Below are positions 42,184 to 51,445 of a stretch of DNA of 64,000 nucleotides, piece by piece. The DNA lies in IMG/VR virus record IMGVR_UViG_3300033072_000542; one strand, given 5' to 3'. The stretch is from a virus. Each line of letters begins with the position of its first letter. The first letter of the stretch is position 1. The notes below the pieces were generated by a model, which worked only from the letters and a program-made list of their open reading frames with translations, was not told the DNA's origin and did no database searches. The translations under genes and the position numbers were made by a program.

Positions 42184-42997
42184 CAATAACTTCCAGTAAA
42201 TTTTTAAGGCGATTAGCAATCATGTAGTTCATAAATTTTTGCTTATTCGCAGGTTTCAATTCTATGTATGTATCTATAATGTTTTTTGACACGGAACCAG
42301 GAATATTCGACAAATCAATCAATTGTTTGTTGCGGTCATAATTGCGCTGGTGTTTTTCTTTGTTTGCCTCAAACTCACGCAAGAATTTTTCGGTGATTGG
42401 TTTTTGACGAATACTATCAACAAACGAATTGTCAGGAGACAACACATTTGGAATACCGTCACCAGAATCACCACGAATAATCAACTCATGCAATTGTTGC
42501 ACAGGATTATCTGTAGTGATATTTTTCTTCAAACTTGGTGAGTATTGTTTGACGTTTGGATTAGTTTGCAACTGGACAAAATCTTTGTCGCTGGACAGAA
42601 TCATAACTGGTTCATTTGGACCATATGCTTGTGTCAATACGCCAATGATATCGTCAGCCTCAGCACCATACACATCAATGACTTTGTATGGCGAATTTTC
42701 TTTCAACTCTTCACGAATTTTACTAAGACATTCAAAGATGGCATTCCAATCATGTCCAGAAGAATCACGATTTTTCTTACGATTGGATTTGTAGTTGGGA
42801 AATACTTCACGGCGCCAGTAATGTTTACTGTCACACGCAATAATTACTTCACCATATTCTCGGAACTTTCGCACGTTTGCACGAATGGTATTGAGAACCA
42901 TGTGACGAACCAGTGCTTCGTCCACTGGCGTTTTTGAGGAACCGATTTGTTCCATAAGGTTGGCAATGACAACCTGATTAAAGTCAAATATTAGCAT
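42173..42997 (-). CDS. rnh: RNase H / 5'-3' flap exonuclease (T4 rnh)
   Basis: ILSSDKDFVQLQTNPNVKQYSP matches T4 RNase H ISSDGDFTQLHKYPNVKQWSP. The C-terminal ...LLEVIDEF matches T4 ...LTNSINEF. Confidence 0.8.
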   Translation of the reverse strand: MLIFDFNQVVIANLMEQIGSSKTPVDEALVRHMVLNTIRANVRKFREYGEVIIACDSKHYWRREVFPNYKSNRKKNRDSSGHDWNAIFECLSKIREELKENSPYKVIDVYGAEADDIIGVLTQAYGPNEPVMILSSDKDFVQLQTNPNVKQYSPSLKKNITTDNPVQQLHELIIRGDSGDGIPNVLSPDNSFVDSIRQKPITEKFLREFEANKEKHQRNYDRNKQLIDLSNIPGSVSKNIIDTYIELKPANKQKFMNYMIANRLKNLLEVIDEF

Positions 42998-43037
42998 AGT
43001 TCACATTATACAAGATTAAGAATAAAAAGTGTGGTAA

Positions 43038-44084
43038 TTATTTCACCACACGCAGAAGGATGGTATCAGCATTAATGCGACCACTCAGAGGACTTTCTTT
43101 GGATGCAATCTCACCCAAAAGATTTTTCAATACAACTTTACCACCTTTCATAACGGTAGGAATCGTTGCCTCTGGTTTGCGTATAATCTTATGAATGGAT
43201 TTTGATTCACTATAATTCAACAATGAAGAATTCTTTACAGACAATCCGCCTGCATCCTCAGCATGATATACGCCAAGTTTACGAGTTTTCACATTAAACA
43301 CCCACAACTGTAACGCACCAATAATATCTCTCGGTGCCACAGACTTCAACTTATATGTATCGTCCTCTTTACAGAAATTAAGTTTGGTTACCAGTTGGTC
43401 TGGTGTTTTTTGTTTACGCTTTGGCTTCTTACGATTCACCTTTGCTTCACCAGCAATCTTCATAGCATCAGTAATAACAGCATCACAAAACGCTACCAAT
43501 TTTTTCAATTGTGGTTTAGTGAAGTTGGAATAACCTTCACGTAAATCCTTATCATCAGTATTCAATACATCATCAAATTCAATACGGCGTTTTTTGAAAT
43601 ACTCAATCAATTTTTGGGCATGAACACCTTTTGCACGGTCATGCATAACAGACATTGGTGCTGGCATAGTCTTAAAATCACTCAGCACATAATCGTCCAG
43701 AGCCGCTTCCAAGTCCACAGCAATCTCACCAACTTTCTCTTTTAGTCGGTCTTGAATGGATACAGTAGGTGTGGCATCAACAGTTACTGGCTCTTCAACT
43801 TGAGTTACCAAAACTTTTTTCATATGAGTTTTAATGAACTTATCACCATACTCACCAACATTGTTGCCATTTGTAACCAAACGACACAACCAGCCTAGAG
43901 TAAGAATGCTCTGGCTGGTATCAACACGACCTGTAAATTTATTTTTCTTTGCATAATCTTGGATGTATTTGATAGCATCTTTGTTTTCCATATTCTGGTG
44001 ATACCAGTTTAAGGCATTCACCAATTGGATGCTAGTCGCTACACCCTCAATGCGTGGTTCTTCAATTCTTGGAAGCCTTGCCAT
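43038..44084 (-). CDS. Hypothetical protein
   Basis: 348 aa ORF. Confidence 0.35.
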   Translation of the reverse strand: MARLPRIEEPRIEGVATSIQLVNALNWYHQNMENKDAIKYIQDYAKKNKFTGRVDTSQSILTLGWLCRLVTNGNNVGEYGDKFIKTHMKKVLVTQVEEPVTVDATPTVSIQDRLKEKVGEIAVDLEAALDDYVLSDFKTMPAPMSVMHDRAKGVHAQKLIEYFKKRRIEFDDVLNTDDKDLREGYSNFTKPQLKKLVAFCDAVITDAMKIAGEAKVNRKKPKRKQKTPDQLVTKLNFCKEDDTYKLKSVAPRDIIGALQLWVFNVKTRKLGVYHAEDAGGLSVKNSSLLNYSESKSIHKIIRKPEATIPTVMKGGKVVLKNLLGEIASKESPLSGRINADTILLRVVK

Positions 44085-44355
44085 TCTTTAATTCCTCAAA
44101 ACTATAATTACGATATGTAGTCAAAACACGAATGCCGTCAGGCATTTCTTTGTATGGTGCGGCTAATGCTCTAGCCGTATCAAGATAGTTGGTAGAATTC
44201 AAAACAACACAACCATCAAACGCTTCTTTCAATTTTTCTTTGTTAATAAACATGGTCATATCATCAGCATAACCATCAAACAAACTATCATAGTCATTTA
44301 AGACCGTGGCACGATAACCATCACTGGTCATCAGCACATAAACTCCTTGTGGCAT
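44062..44355 (-). CDS. Hypothetical protein
   Basis: 97 aa ORF. Confidence 0.3.
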   Translation of the reverse strand: MPQGVYVLMTSDGYRATVLNDYDSLFDGYADDMTMFINKEKLKEAFDGCVVLNSTNYLDTARALAAPYKEMPDGIRVLTTYRNYSFEELKNGKASKN

Positions 44356-44476
44356 TTTACAAAATTACTTCCTGGATTACACTATCGGGACGGGCTAACT
44401 GGTAAACCTCAGCACAAGCCCGTATATTAAACATACCTACAATCTTACCATTATCTATCAAAACGAATTTTTTCAT

Positions 44477-44902
44477 TTACTTAACTTCAAAAGGTTTGTT
44501 CCAGCGACCGATATCAACACTTACATAATATGCGGTATCAAAATAGTCGGTCATCGCATCCGAATTATCGTAGTAGTTTGCAGTATACATCGCCTTAACG
44601 ATTTTGTCAACGATATCCAGAGCCCGACCTGAAAAGTGTTCCTTATACCAGTAAGGATTAACTTGAACGTGATCCTTAGCATCTTGATATGGACCGTAAC
44701 GATTCGCACCAGGTGCAACTCGGCAAACATTATTCATATTAGCAATCAAATCAATTGGAGCGGATTTGATTGTGCAACAAATCGACATATGATTACGAAC
44801 ACTTAAGGTGTATTTTACGCCAGTGCCTTTCAAAGCCTTATCCAAGTTTGCTTTGATAACCGCTTTTTTCTCTTGATTCATATAAGCCATTTTGCAACTC
44901 AC
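44477..44902 (-). CDS. Hypothetical protein
   Basis: 141 aa ORF. Confidence 0.3.
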   Translation of the reverse strand: MSCKMAYMNQEKKAVIKANLDKALKGTGVKYTLSVRNHMSICCTIKSAPIDLIANMNNVCRVAPGANRYGPYQDAKDHVQVNPYWYKEHFSGRALDIVDKIVKAMYTANYYDNSDAMTDYFDTAYYVSVDIGRWNKPFEVK

Positions 44903-44946
44903 TTTCTATCAAACATGTATTAATTATACCAGGATTCTGGAACTTG

Positions 44947-45150
44947 TCAAGCGAATACTTGACTAATTTGGTCAGTTTCCGCCAGAATACGGGTGCGAAA
45001 CTCACCGAAAACCACGATTGGAGCATCTAATACTATAGTATTACTTACTTTGCCACCGTATTTGACACGGCTTTCGACCACTCGGCCAATGTAAGGAATC
45101 TCGCCAAGATACAAGCCAGACACTTTTTTACCCTCTAAATTCCAAGACAT
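44947..45150 (-). CDS. Hypothetical protein
   Basis: 67 aa. RBS GAGGAG. Early promoter upstream. Confidence 0.4.
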   Translation of the reverse strand: MSWNLEGKKVSGLYLGEIPYIGRVVESRVKYGGKVSNTIVLDAPIVVFGEFRTRILAETDQISQVFA

Positions 45151-45177
45151 AGTAACTCCTCATCAATCTATGGAATT

Positions 45178-45205
45178 AGTATAACAGGACTGGTAAGAAT
45201 GTCAA
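45178..45205 (-). promoter_or_regulatory. Sigma70-type early promoter (TTGACA-N16-TATACT)
   Basis: Reverse complement cacTTGACAttcttaccagtcctgtTATACTaattccatagattgatgaggagttactATG. Confidence 0.55.
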
Positions 45206-45225
45206 GTGGTGTTGCAAAAAAACAA

Positions 45226-45933
45226 CTAAATTTTTGCTAGGAACTCGGCCTCTGGAATCCTCGTTTTAGTGCTTTTGCTTCCCAAAACGACCACGATACG
45301 GCGACCGACATCCGTATCCAGCATCATCACAATACATCCACCTGCGGCATTAATGTAGCCAGTCTTACTTACGATAAATTCATGGCGTTGGCCGATGATT
45401 GGATTTGTGTTATTGAAAATCAACCACTTCTTCTTCACTTTGATTTTCACTTGGCTCATTTTACTGGACTCTACAATCAAAGGATAATTTTGTGCTTCAC
45501 GCACAAGTGTTACCAATTCTTCCGCTGTGCTAACATTAAACACACCAAGACCTGTCGAATCAGAAAATTTTGTTTCACTCAAACCTAATGCATATGCTTT
45601 GCGATTCATCATATGAATGCATTTAGTGTAACCTTGTGTGTAGAATTCACATAACGTTTTAGCGGCACGATTATCTGAATGAACTAATGCAAGTTGAATT
45701 AATTCTTTTCTTGTGTATAGACCAATCTTTTCATCCAAATCTTGTTTAGCATCTAAGACAACCATTGCAGTCATCAGTTTGGTGATACTTGCTATTGAAC
45801 GAACTTGCTTTGTGTTTTCACTTTGAATAATTCTACCATCGCCGTCAGCGACAAGCCAACTCTGTGCAGTAATCTTGGCTTCGGATGAAAAAACTGCCAT
45901 TGATAAGATGGCAGTCAATAAAAGTTTAATCAT
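45226..45933 (-). CDS. Secreted D-alanyl-D-alanine carboxypeptidase/endopeptidase (PBP5/S11-like)
   Basis: Signal peptide. SITK (SxxK), SDN and KTG motifs in the canonical order. Confidence 0.6.
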   Translation of the reverse strand: MIKLLLTAILSMAVFSSEAKITAQSWLVADGDGRIIQSENTKQVRSIASITKLMTAMVVLDAKQDLDEKIGLYTRKELIQLALVHSDNRAAKTLCEFYTQGYTKCIHMMNRKAYALGLSETKFSDSTGLGVFNVSTAEELVTLVREAQNYPLIVESSKMSQVKIKVKKKWLIFNNTNPIIGQRHEFIVSKTGYINAAGGCIVMMLDTDVGRRIVVVLGSKSTKTRIPEAEFLAKI

Positions 45934-46069
45934 GTGTTTAGTGATGTTTGTGATACCAATTCAAAATATACATGGCGACAGCAAGAATTATATATGAAAT
46001 GAAATTAATTGTCAATGCACTCCATGCTAATCCCTTCTGTAAAAGGTATTTGAAAATTTGTTTACACAT

Positions 46070-46834
46070 TTATCTTCCAGTATATTTTTTTGGTAATGCA
46101 TCATAAGCACGTTGTTCTGGTGTAGTTGGTATCCATCCATTACCCAAATGTGGATATTTTTGAATTCTATCTTCAACAACAAACGCAAACGTTAATCCTA
46201 TCGCAGCCGCACACAATACTACACCGATGCCCCAAGTCGCCTCAATCCATAATCTATCAATTCTTTTTCTACGTTTAACTGCATTAGCGTGGTCTTCTTT
46301 CATCTTCTTAGCGATAGCGATGGATTGTTCTTCACTAATTTTTTCCATCATAGCACTAACATCAGAATACAATGCACCAAGTTCTGGTGGTGATTGATAT
46401 ACCAACATTTCACGTAACTCAACACCCATTTGTTCCAGTTTCTTACGCATCACAACACGCTGTAATGCTCTCTTGCCCACGGATGCATCACCAAGATAAA
46501 CTTCTTTACTTCTCAACTCTTCCTGTTCAAAGATGGCAATACACTTAGCATAGTTTTCAAAGTATACGGATAGTTGTTCCGCAATTTGGTCATATGCATC
46601 ACCAGGATCTTTTTTCGACAATTCACGGATGCGTTCCTTTTCCTCATGAAGTTGTTTCTTCGCTTCAAGAGGAATTGGTTTGCCTTCATATTGTTTATTG
46701 AATTGTTGGTCGAGGTCCTTGAGAATGTCCTTAACCTCGCCTGCGGCGCCTTTGATATCTTTGTAGAGTTTGCACCCGGCTTTGACGGCAGAGACCGCAC
46801 CATTCGCTAGTGCAAATAGTGTGACTGGATCCAT
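46070..46834 (-). CDS. Hypothetical membrane-anchored protein
   Basis: 254 aa. C-terminal TM segment ATWGIGVVLCAAAIGLTFAFVV. Confidence 0.35.
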   Translation of the reverse strand: MDPVTLFALANGAVSAVKAGCKLYKDIKGAAGEVKDILKDLDQQFNKQYEGKPIPLEAKKQLHEEKERIRELSKKDPGDAYDQIAEQLSVYFENYAKCIAIFEQEELRSKEVYLGDASVGKRALQRVVMRKKLEQMGVELREMLVYQSPPELGALYSDVSAMMEKISEEQSIAIAKKMKEDHANAVKRRKRIDRLWIEATWGIGVVLCAAAIGLTFAFVVEDRIQKYPHLGNGWIPTTPEQRAYDALPKKYTGR

Positions 46835-46991
46835 TATGCGATCCTATGTGTTGGGAGTGGTGTGTTCGATTCAGTAACCGATAATATAGCCATAACAAAA
46901 AGCACCACCACTGGTGACTTTTTGAGCATTTGTTTCCTTTGACCTAAGTCAATACTGGTATTTATATCGTCAGCATGACTGGAAACTTGAT

Positions 46992-47067
46992 GGTCCGCCG
47001 TGCAGGAATCGAACCCACATTCATCGGGTAGAAGCCGATTGTATTATCCATTATACTAACGGCAGAC
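46992..47067 (-). tRNA. tRNA-Arg (anticodon TCT)
   Basis: Cloverleaf by eye. Acceptor GTCTGCC/GGCGGAC, T-arm GTGGGTTCGATTCCTGCAC, anticodon loop CTTCTAC. Confidence 0.7.
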
Positions 47068-47156
47068 ATTTTGAAACATGCTACTTCTTAGCGAGGTTGG
47101 TTTGGAATCCAACTAACATGCTTCAAAATGGGAACTCTTACGAATTCCCCAAACTC

Positions 47157-48587
47157 TTACAGAACCGCGTAGCGGTCATCCATAATAGTTTTAAGCATTA
47201 CTGCTTCTGGTGTGAAAGATTCTAAGTCACCTGCAAGTAGTGGTTTCACAACTGCTGGCGAGAATCCAGACACAAGAGCGGTACCGCTTTTGTCGAACTT
47301 CACAGGTGCATTACCGTATGAAGCATTCAGATTCCAGAATACAACTTTTGGTAGTTTGTATCCTGCGTTCTCGTATTTACGTGCCATCATTTTATATGCA
47401 GAATCATCATGTTTTACACATGCGTTGAATTGCATATCAGACAAAATCAATACCATTTCTGGCATTTCTTTTTCTGGCACGTTACCATTAACTGCAACAC
47501 TCAAAATTTTATCGAATGCTTTGTGCAAGTCGGTTGACATATCCCAATTAGATTTAACCATTTGGTCAATCTTTTGGTTGATGTTACCTTTCAAGTGCAA
47601 CAGTTCTGGTTTGCTTGAGAAAGTCAAGAATGTATCTTTGAACTTTCCGGTGTTTTTGTCTGCAAGATACAATCCCAATGAGACTGCAACTTCCATACAT
47701 GTTAGACCTGATTTAGATGCAGGACCACCAGCACGACAAGACATTGAACCTGAAACGTCAACTAAAGGCAGAATGTTTGCATCACCAACAAAGTTTGGCA
47801 GAGCCTCCCATTGTTTTTGAATTAAATCTAATTCTGTTTTGTCAAAAGTAACGCCATATGTAGCGATGCGACCTTTTAGCACATCATATGGATACACGGC
47901 ACCTGCATTCACCTTAACGTCAGGAGTATCTCCCTTAACCAATGCTTCAACGTATTTCGCATACATTGGTGTGTTACGATTGAATGCTTTTTTGTAACGT
48001 GCATGTGCTACAGATGGAACATGTGAAAAGTTAATTTCATTCCAGTCTTTTGCACACATTTGTGTTTCAACAACCTTAGTCAACGCAACTAAAGATTTAC
48101 GATAGAACTTTGGTGACATTCCGAAGAACTCACGAATTTCTGCCGCAATCTTACCTTGACGAGGAGTCCACTTTGCCGCCAATCCATTACGTGCTCGTAA
48201 CGCATCACCAAGCATTGTGTATGCCTCTGCTTTCAATTCTTTTGAATCAAAAACAAAGATATCATCCCAACGTCCCAATTCAGGAACTTTGTGTAGCAAC
48301 GCTTTGGCTGCTTCAACGTCAGTTTTTTCCAGATACTTTAAGATATCACGGAACAATTGACGTTCACCAGACCCACCACGTGCGTCACGTGCCCAAGCCG
48401 CAACACGCAATGCCAAGTCTTTATCTTGGACATACGCAGCCGTAAATGCAGGGATAATATCCTTACCACGTGACGCACCAATGTTATAGAATAAATCTAC
48501 AACGGCGTTCGCAGTTGATTTACGTGCCTTCATACCATTTGTGGTACGTGCTTCTTGGTTTACTACCGCTTCTACGAATGTTGACAT
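47157..48587 (-). CDS. vWA (MIDAS) domain protein, possible Ro60/TROVE-like RNA-binding protein
   Basis: About 476 aa from ATG (RBS AAGGAG); the listed ORF begins at an upstream TTG. A C-terminal vWA with DxSGSM MIDAS motif (LPLVDVSGSMS) is preceded by a ~280 aa helical domain. Sits inside the tRNA/tRNA-mimic array. Confidence 0.45.
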   Translation of the reverse strand: MSTFVEAVVNQEARTTNGMKARKSTANAVVDLFYNIGASRGKDIIPAFTAAYVQDKDLALRVAAWARDARGGSGERQLFRDILKYLEKTDVEAAKALLHKVPELGRWDDIFVFDSKELKAEAYTMLGDALRARNGLAAKWTPRQGKIAAEIREFFGMSPKFYRKSLVALTKVVETQMCAKDWNEINFSHVPSVAHARYKKAFNRNTPMYAKYVEALVKGDTPDVKVNAGAVYPYDVLKGRIATYGVTFDKTELDLIQKQWEALPNFVGDANILPLVDVSGSMSCRAGGPASKSGLTCMEVAVSLGLYLADKNTGKFKDTFLTFSSKPELLHLKGNINQKIDQMVKSNWDMSTDLHKAFDKILSVAVNGNVPEKEMPEMVLILSDMQFNACVKHDDSAYKMMARKYENAGYKLPKVVFWNLNASYGNAPVKFDKSGTALVSGFSPAVVKPLLAGDLESFTPEAVMLKTIMDDRYAVL

Positions 48588-48919
48588 TATGAACTCCTTT
48601 TCAATCAACAGGTTAATTTTTGCGTTTCAAATTACAAGTTTGATGCTTTTTATTTGCTGAACTTAACCTAAAAATAAACAGAATAGTTTTCTTCTTTTTG
48701 TTTTAAGTGAGAACTCGAAACTCACTTTGAAGGTCCGTCACACGACAACTACCTTCAAAGCCCATACAGGCTCCAGTAGTTAACATCAGTTTCCTTCATT
48801 ACGGCATCGGACATTACTCCGATAAGTAAAAGTTTGCTGAACCTATTCTAAAATCAATAAACAGATTATACACTAAAAACTTTGTAGAGTAAATAGGTAA
48901 ACCGAACGTTTACCAGATT

Positions 48920-48996
48920 TGGTGCCCCAAGCGAGATTCGAACTCGCAGAATTTTGATTTTGAATCAAACACGTATACCGATTCCGTCATCGGGGC
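48920..48996 (-). tRNA. tRNA, anticodon CAA (Leu-type anticodon, short variable arm)
   Basis: Acceptor GCCCCGA/TTGGGGC. T-arm GCGAGTTCGAATCTCGC. Anticodon arm TTTGA-TTCAAAA-TCAAA. Discriminator A, CCA encoded. Confidence 0.6.
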
Positions 48997-49000
48997 ATAT

Positions 49001-49077
49001 TGGTGCGGAAGGAGGGAGTCGAACCCTCAAAACTCGGATTTTAAGTCCGATACGTATGCCAATTCCGTCACAACCGC
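49001..49077 (-). tRNA. tRNA, anticodon TAA (Leu-type, short variable arm)
   Basis: Anticodon arm TCGGA-CTTAAAA-TCCGA. T-arm GAGGGTTCGACTCCCTC. Two U-U mismatches in the acceptor stem. Confidence 0.5.
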
Positions 49078-49078
49078 A

Positions 49079-49642
49079 TCACATTGTTGGACCGTTTCCG
49101 TTTCTGAAACCAACTTCACCACCTTCTTCTTTGATTCGTTTCATAACGTCTTCAAAAAGAATTGGACGAAAATCAGTTTGTTCAACGCAAACACAATGAT
49201 ATCTAGGATCAATTTTATTACCGATACGAACACGACCAGTATGAAGATGGCCGTGAATGTTAACACCAAATCTTCCAAGACTTTCTGGATGAATTGGAAT
49301 ATGTGAAAGAATCATTCCGTTCATTACATGATAAGCACGAAGTTCCCTAAAGAAAACTCGGTATTCATCATCACGAAAAATATCATGGTTACCACGAATA
49401 AGAACTTTATCACCGTTAAGTCTATGCATGATGCTAAGTGCTTTACGATTGATAACAACGTCACCAAGATGATAAACTTTATCGTTTGGTCGGACAGTTT
49501 CGTTCCAACGTTTTACCATTTCCTCATCCATTTCATTTGGATCAGTCCATGGGCGAATCTTTTCACCTGTTACTGAGTCGGTGAATCTACACACACCAGC
49601 ATGACCAAAATGTGTGTCACTTACAAGAAATACTGATGGCAT
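49079..49642 (-). CDS. Calcineurin-like metallophosphoesterase
   Basis: LVSDTHFGH and GNHD motifs. Confidence 0.65.
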   Translation of the reverse strand: MPSVFLVSDTHFGHAGVCRFTDSVTGEKIRPWTDPNEMDEEMVKRWNETVRPNDKVYHLGDVVINRKALSIMHRLNGDKVLIRGNHDIFRDDEYRVFFRELRAYHVMNGMILSHIPIHPESLGRFGVNIHGHLHTGRVRIGNKIDPRYHCVCVEQTDFRPILFEDVMKRIKEEGGEVGFRNGNGPTM

Positions 49643-49658
49643 ATTAAACTCCTAAAAA

Positions 49659-49735
49659 TGGTGCCGCCTCCCGGGATCGAACCAGGTTCCATGGATTTTC
49701 AATCCACCGCAATGACCACATTTGCTAAAGCGGCA
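49659..49735 (-). tRNA. tRNA-Phe (GAA)
   Basis: Acceptor GCCGCTT/AGGCGGC. Anticodon arm GTGGA-TTGAAAA-TCCAT. T-arm CCTGGTTCGATCCCGGG. CCA encoded. Confidence 0.8.
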
Positions 49736-49810
49736 TGGTGCTTCCACCGAGAATCAAACTCAGGTCTCGCCCGTACCAAGGGCGTGTATTATCACTATAC
49801 TATGGAAGCA
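49736..49810 (-). tRNA. tRNA-Thr (GGT)
   Basis: Acceptor GCTTCCA/TGGAAGC. Anticodon arm CGCCC-TTGGTAC-GGGCG. Confidence 0.75.
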
Positions 49811-49817
49811 CGGACTA

Positions 49818-50192
49818 TTATTGTTTAGTCCACTCAATAATCGTATCTTTAGTTACCTTACGTTGTTCACCAGTCCCATACTTTGTTACCATTGCAACGA
49901 TGCGTGGCACAATGTATTGTGTGAAGTAATAAGGTTGCTTGAGATTCTTTTCGCAACGGCTGTATGCTTTACCTGCAAGATATGCTCTTGCTAAGTGTGT
50001 CGCACGTGCTTCATTACGAACGTCAATCTTACGATGATTGGTAAGACTATGAAGTTTCCATGAAAGAGAAGTGTAGTTGGGTTCTTCCTTACTACAATGT
50101 TTCATGTGCTTCTTTATTTTGTTTTCCTCAAAACGAATAATTTGAGGTTCAAGTGCCAAATGTTTGGCTTTAATTTTCAATTCTACTGACAT
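49818..50192 (-). CDS. Hypothetical protein (within tRNA array)
   Basis: 124 aa ORF. Confidence 0.35.
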   Translation of the reverse strand: MSVELKIKAKHLALEPQIIRFEENKIKKHMKHCSKEEPNYTSLSWKLHSLTNHRKIDVRNEARATHLARAYLAGKAYSRCEKNLKQPYYFTQYIVPRIVAMVTKYGTGEQRKVTKDTIIEWTKQ

Positions 50193-50312
50193 AAATTTTC
50201 CTTAATTGTTAAATGATTTTGTTAAAAAATAAAATGAACAACAAGAAAACTTACGGCGGCTTTTTAATCTACAATGAAGAATCTTTCATAGTGATTTCCT
50301 TTCATAAAAAAT

Positions 50313-50387
50313 TTGGTGGCTCTAATGGGAATTGAACCCATATCAATACGTTTTAGAGGCGTTTGCATTACCATCATGCTCTAGAGC
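50313..50387 (-). tRNA. tRNA with CUCUAAA anticodon loop (putative anticodon CTA, amber-suppressor-like)
   Basis: Acceptor GGCTCTA/TAGAGCC. D-arm GCAT-GATGGTA-ATGC. T-arm ATGGGTTCAATTCCCAT. The anticodon loop CTCTAAA sits on a weak or bulged stem. Confidence 0.45.
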
Positions 50388-50407
50388 CATACATGTATAT
50401 ATGTATT

Positions 50408-50482
50408 TGGTGCTTCGTGACAGGATCGAACTGCCGACATTCCACTTGTAAGGAGGCTACTCTACCGCTGAGTTAACGAAGC
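50408..50482 (-). tRNA. tRNA-Val (TAC)
   Basis: Acceptor GCTTCGT/ACGAAGC. Loop CTTACAA. Anticodon stem has G-A and U-U mismatches. Confidence 0.6.
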
Positions 50483-50488
50483 GAAATT

Positions 50489-50563
50489 TGGGGAGTTATA
50501 CCAGAATCGAACTGGTGATAACGGAATCACAACCCGTGGTTTTACCACTAAACTAATAACTCC
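50489..50563 (-). tRNA. tRNA-His (GTG)
   Basis: Acceptor GGAGTTA/TAACTCC. Anticodon arm ACGGG-TTGTGAT-TCCGT. CCA not fully encoded. Confidence 0.7.
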
Positions 50564-50569
50564 ATAAAC

Positions 50570-50683
50570 AGGATACCTTTTACTCTGCACTACCATTGTG
50601 CTAATCTTTCCATCAGGAAAAATATAGGATTCGAACCTATAACAGGAGGCTTTCATTGCATCTTTTGTTGCTGAATGTATCCT
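50570..50683 (-). ncRNA. tRNA-mimic RNA with permuted arm order (YrlA/Y-RNA-like candidate)
   Basis: Closing stem AGGATAC/GTATCCT encloses a canonical T-arm (ATAGGTTCGAATCCTAT), an acceptor-like hairpin ATTTTTC-CTGATG-GAAAGAT and a canonical D-arm (GCAC-AATGGTA-GTGC), in that order. Confidence 0.45.
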
Positions 50684-50687
50684 AAAC

Positions 50688-50762
50688 TGGTGCGGGGTAA
50701 GAGAATCGAACTCTTAACTAAACGTTGGCAACGTCTGATTTTACCATTAAACTAACCACGCA
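50688..50762 (-). tRNA. tRNA-Gly (GCC)
   Basis: Anticodon arm AGACG-TTGCCAA-CGTTT. T-arm AAGAGTTCGATTCTCTT. Confidence 0.7.
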
Positions 50763-50767
50763 AAAAC

Positions 50768-50842
50768 TGGAGCGGGATACCAGAATCGAACTGGTGACTT
50801 GAACTTGGAAGGATCTCGTTTTACCATTAAACTAATCCCGCA
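50768..50842 (-). tRNA. tRNA-Gly (TCC)
   Basis: Acceptor GCGGGAT/ATCCCGC. Loop CTTCCAA. Weak anticodon stem. Confidence 0.6.
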
Positions 50843-50880
50843 TGTTACCCATTTAACGATATGGGCATCGGGGTCTGTTT

Positions 50881-51366
50881 CTAGGCCGCTAGACTTTTCA
50901 ATCTGTCGGCTGCGTATGATGCGGCGAATGCATTTGGCTTAACCAATGGCACAACGTTACACATACCTTTAATATAACCTACCGCTTCGTTAACAACGAT
51001 GCTTGAATTATATAGTTGATTTGGGTTAATGTCAAGGTGAACTTCAATGTCATTCGCAATCATTTCCGACAATTGCAAATACATATCTGCCACTTTGTAA
51101 ACTTCATTCATCAAACGCATACGTGGTTTGTTCCGCAACTTTTCAAAGTCACGTTCACGTGTGATTTGACCAAAGATTTTACAACCGTGTTTGCCATCAA
51201 TATGCACAACGATAGCAATAATGTAATCGGCATACCAATCACCATTTACTTTAACTTTTTCAGAATCGCAACCCAGATAAATTTTGGTATCTGGACCACA
51301 ATTTTCCACGTATGCTCTCACTTCTTCTAAGTCAATTTTTTCGTTATACATATTATTTCCTTTCAA
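50881..51366 (-). CDS. Hypothetical protein (within tRNA array)
   Basis: 161 aa ORF. Confidence 0.4.
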   Translation of the reverse strand: MKGNNMYNEKIDLEEVRAYVENCGPDTKIYLGCDSEKVKVNGDWYADYIIAIVVHIDGKHGCKIFGQITRERDFEKLRNKPRMRLMNEVYKVADMYLQLSEMIANDIEVHLDINPNQLYNSSIVVNEAVGYIKGMCNVVPLVKPNAFAASYAADRLKSLAA

Positions 51367-51371
51367 CGAAC

Positions 51372-51445
51372 TGGCACCCCGTCAGGGAGTCGAACCCCGG
51401 CCCTCAGTTTTGGAGACTGATGTGCTACCGTAACACTTACGAGAT
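51372..51445 (-). tRNA. tRNA-Trp (CCA)
   Basis: A1-U72 acceptor as in E. coli tRNA-Trp. Anticodon arm TCAGT-CTCCAAA-ACTGA. Confidence 0.65.

Noticed and set aside
50570-50683. A bona fide circularly permuted tRNA gene that would be matured by circularisation
   Set aside because: Joining the halves leaves no usable anticodon loop; the stem would close on a 4-nt GTTT. Two shorter copies lack the tRNA domains. The Y-RNA-like or structured-element interpretation fits better.
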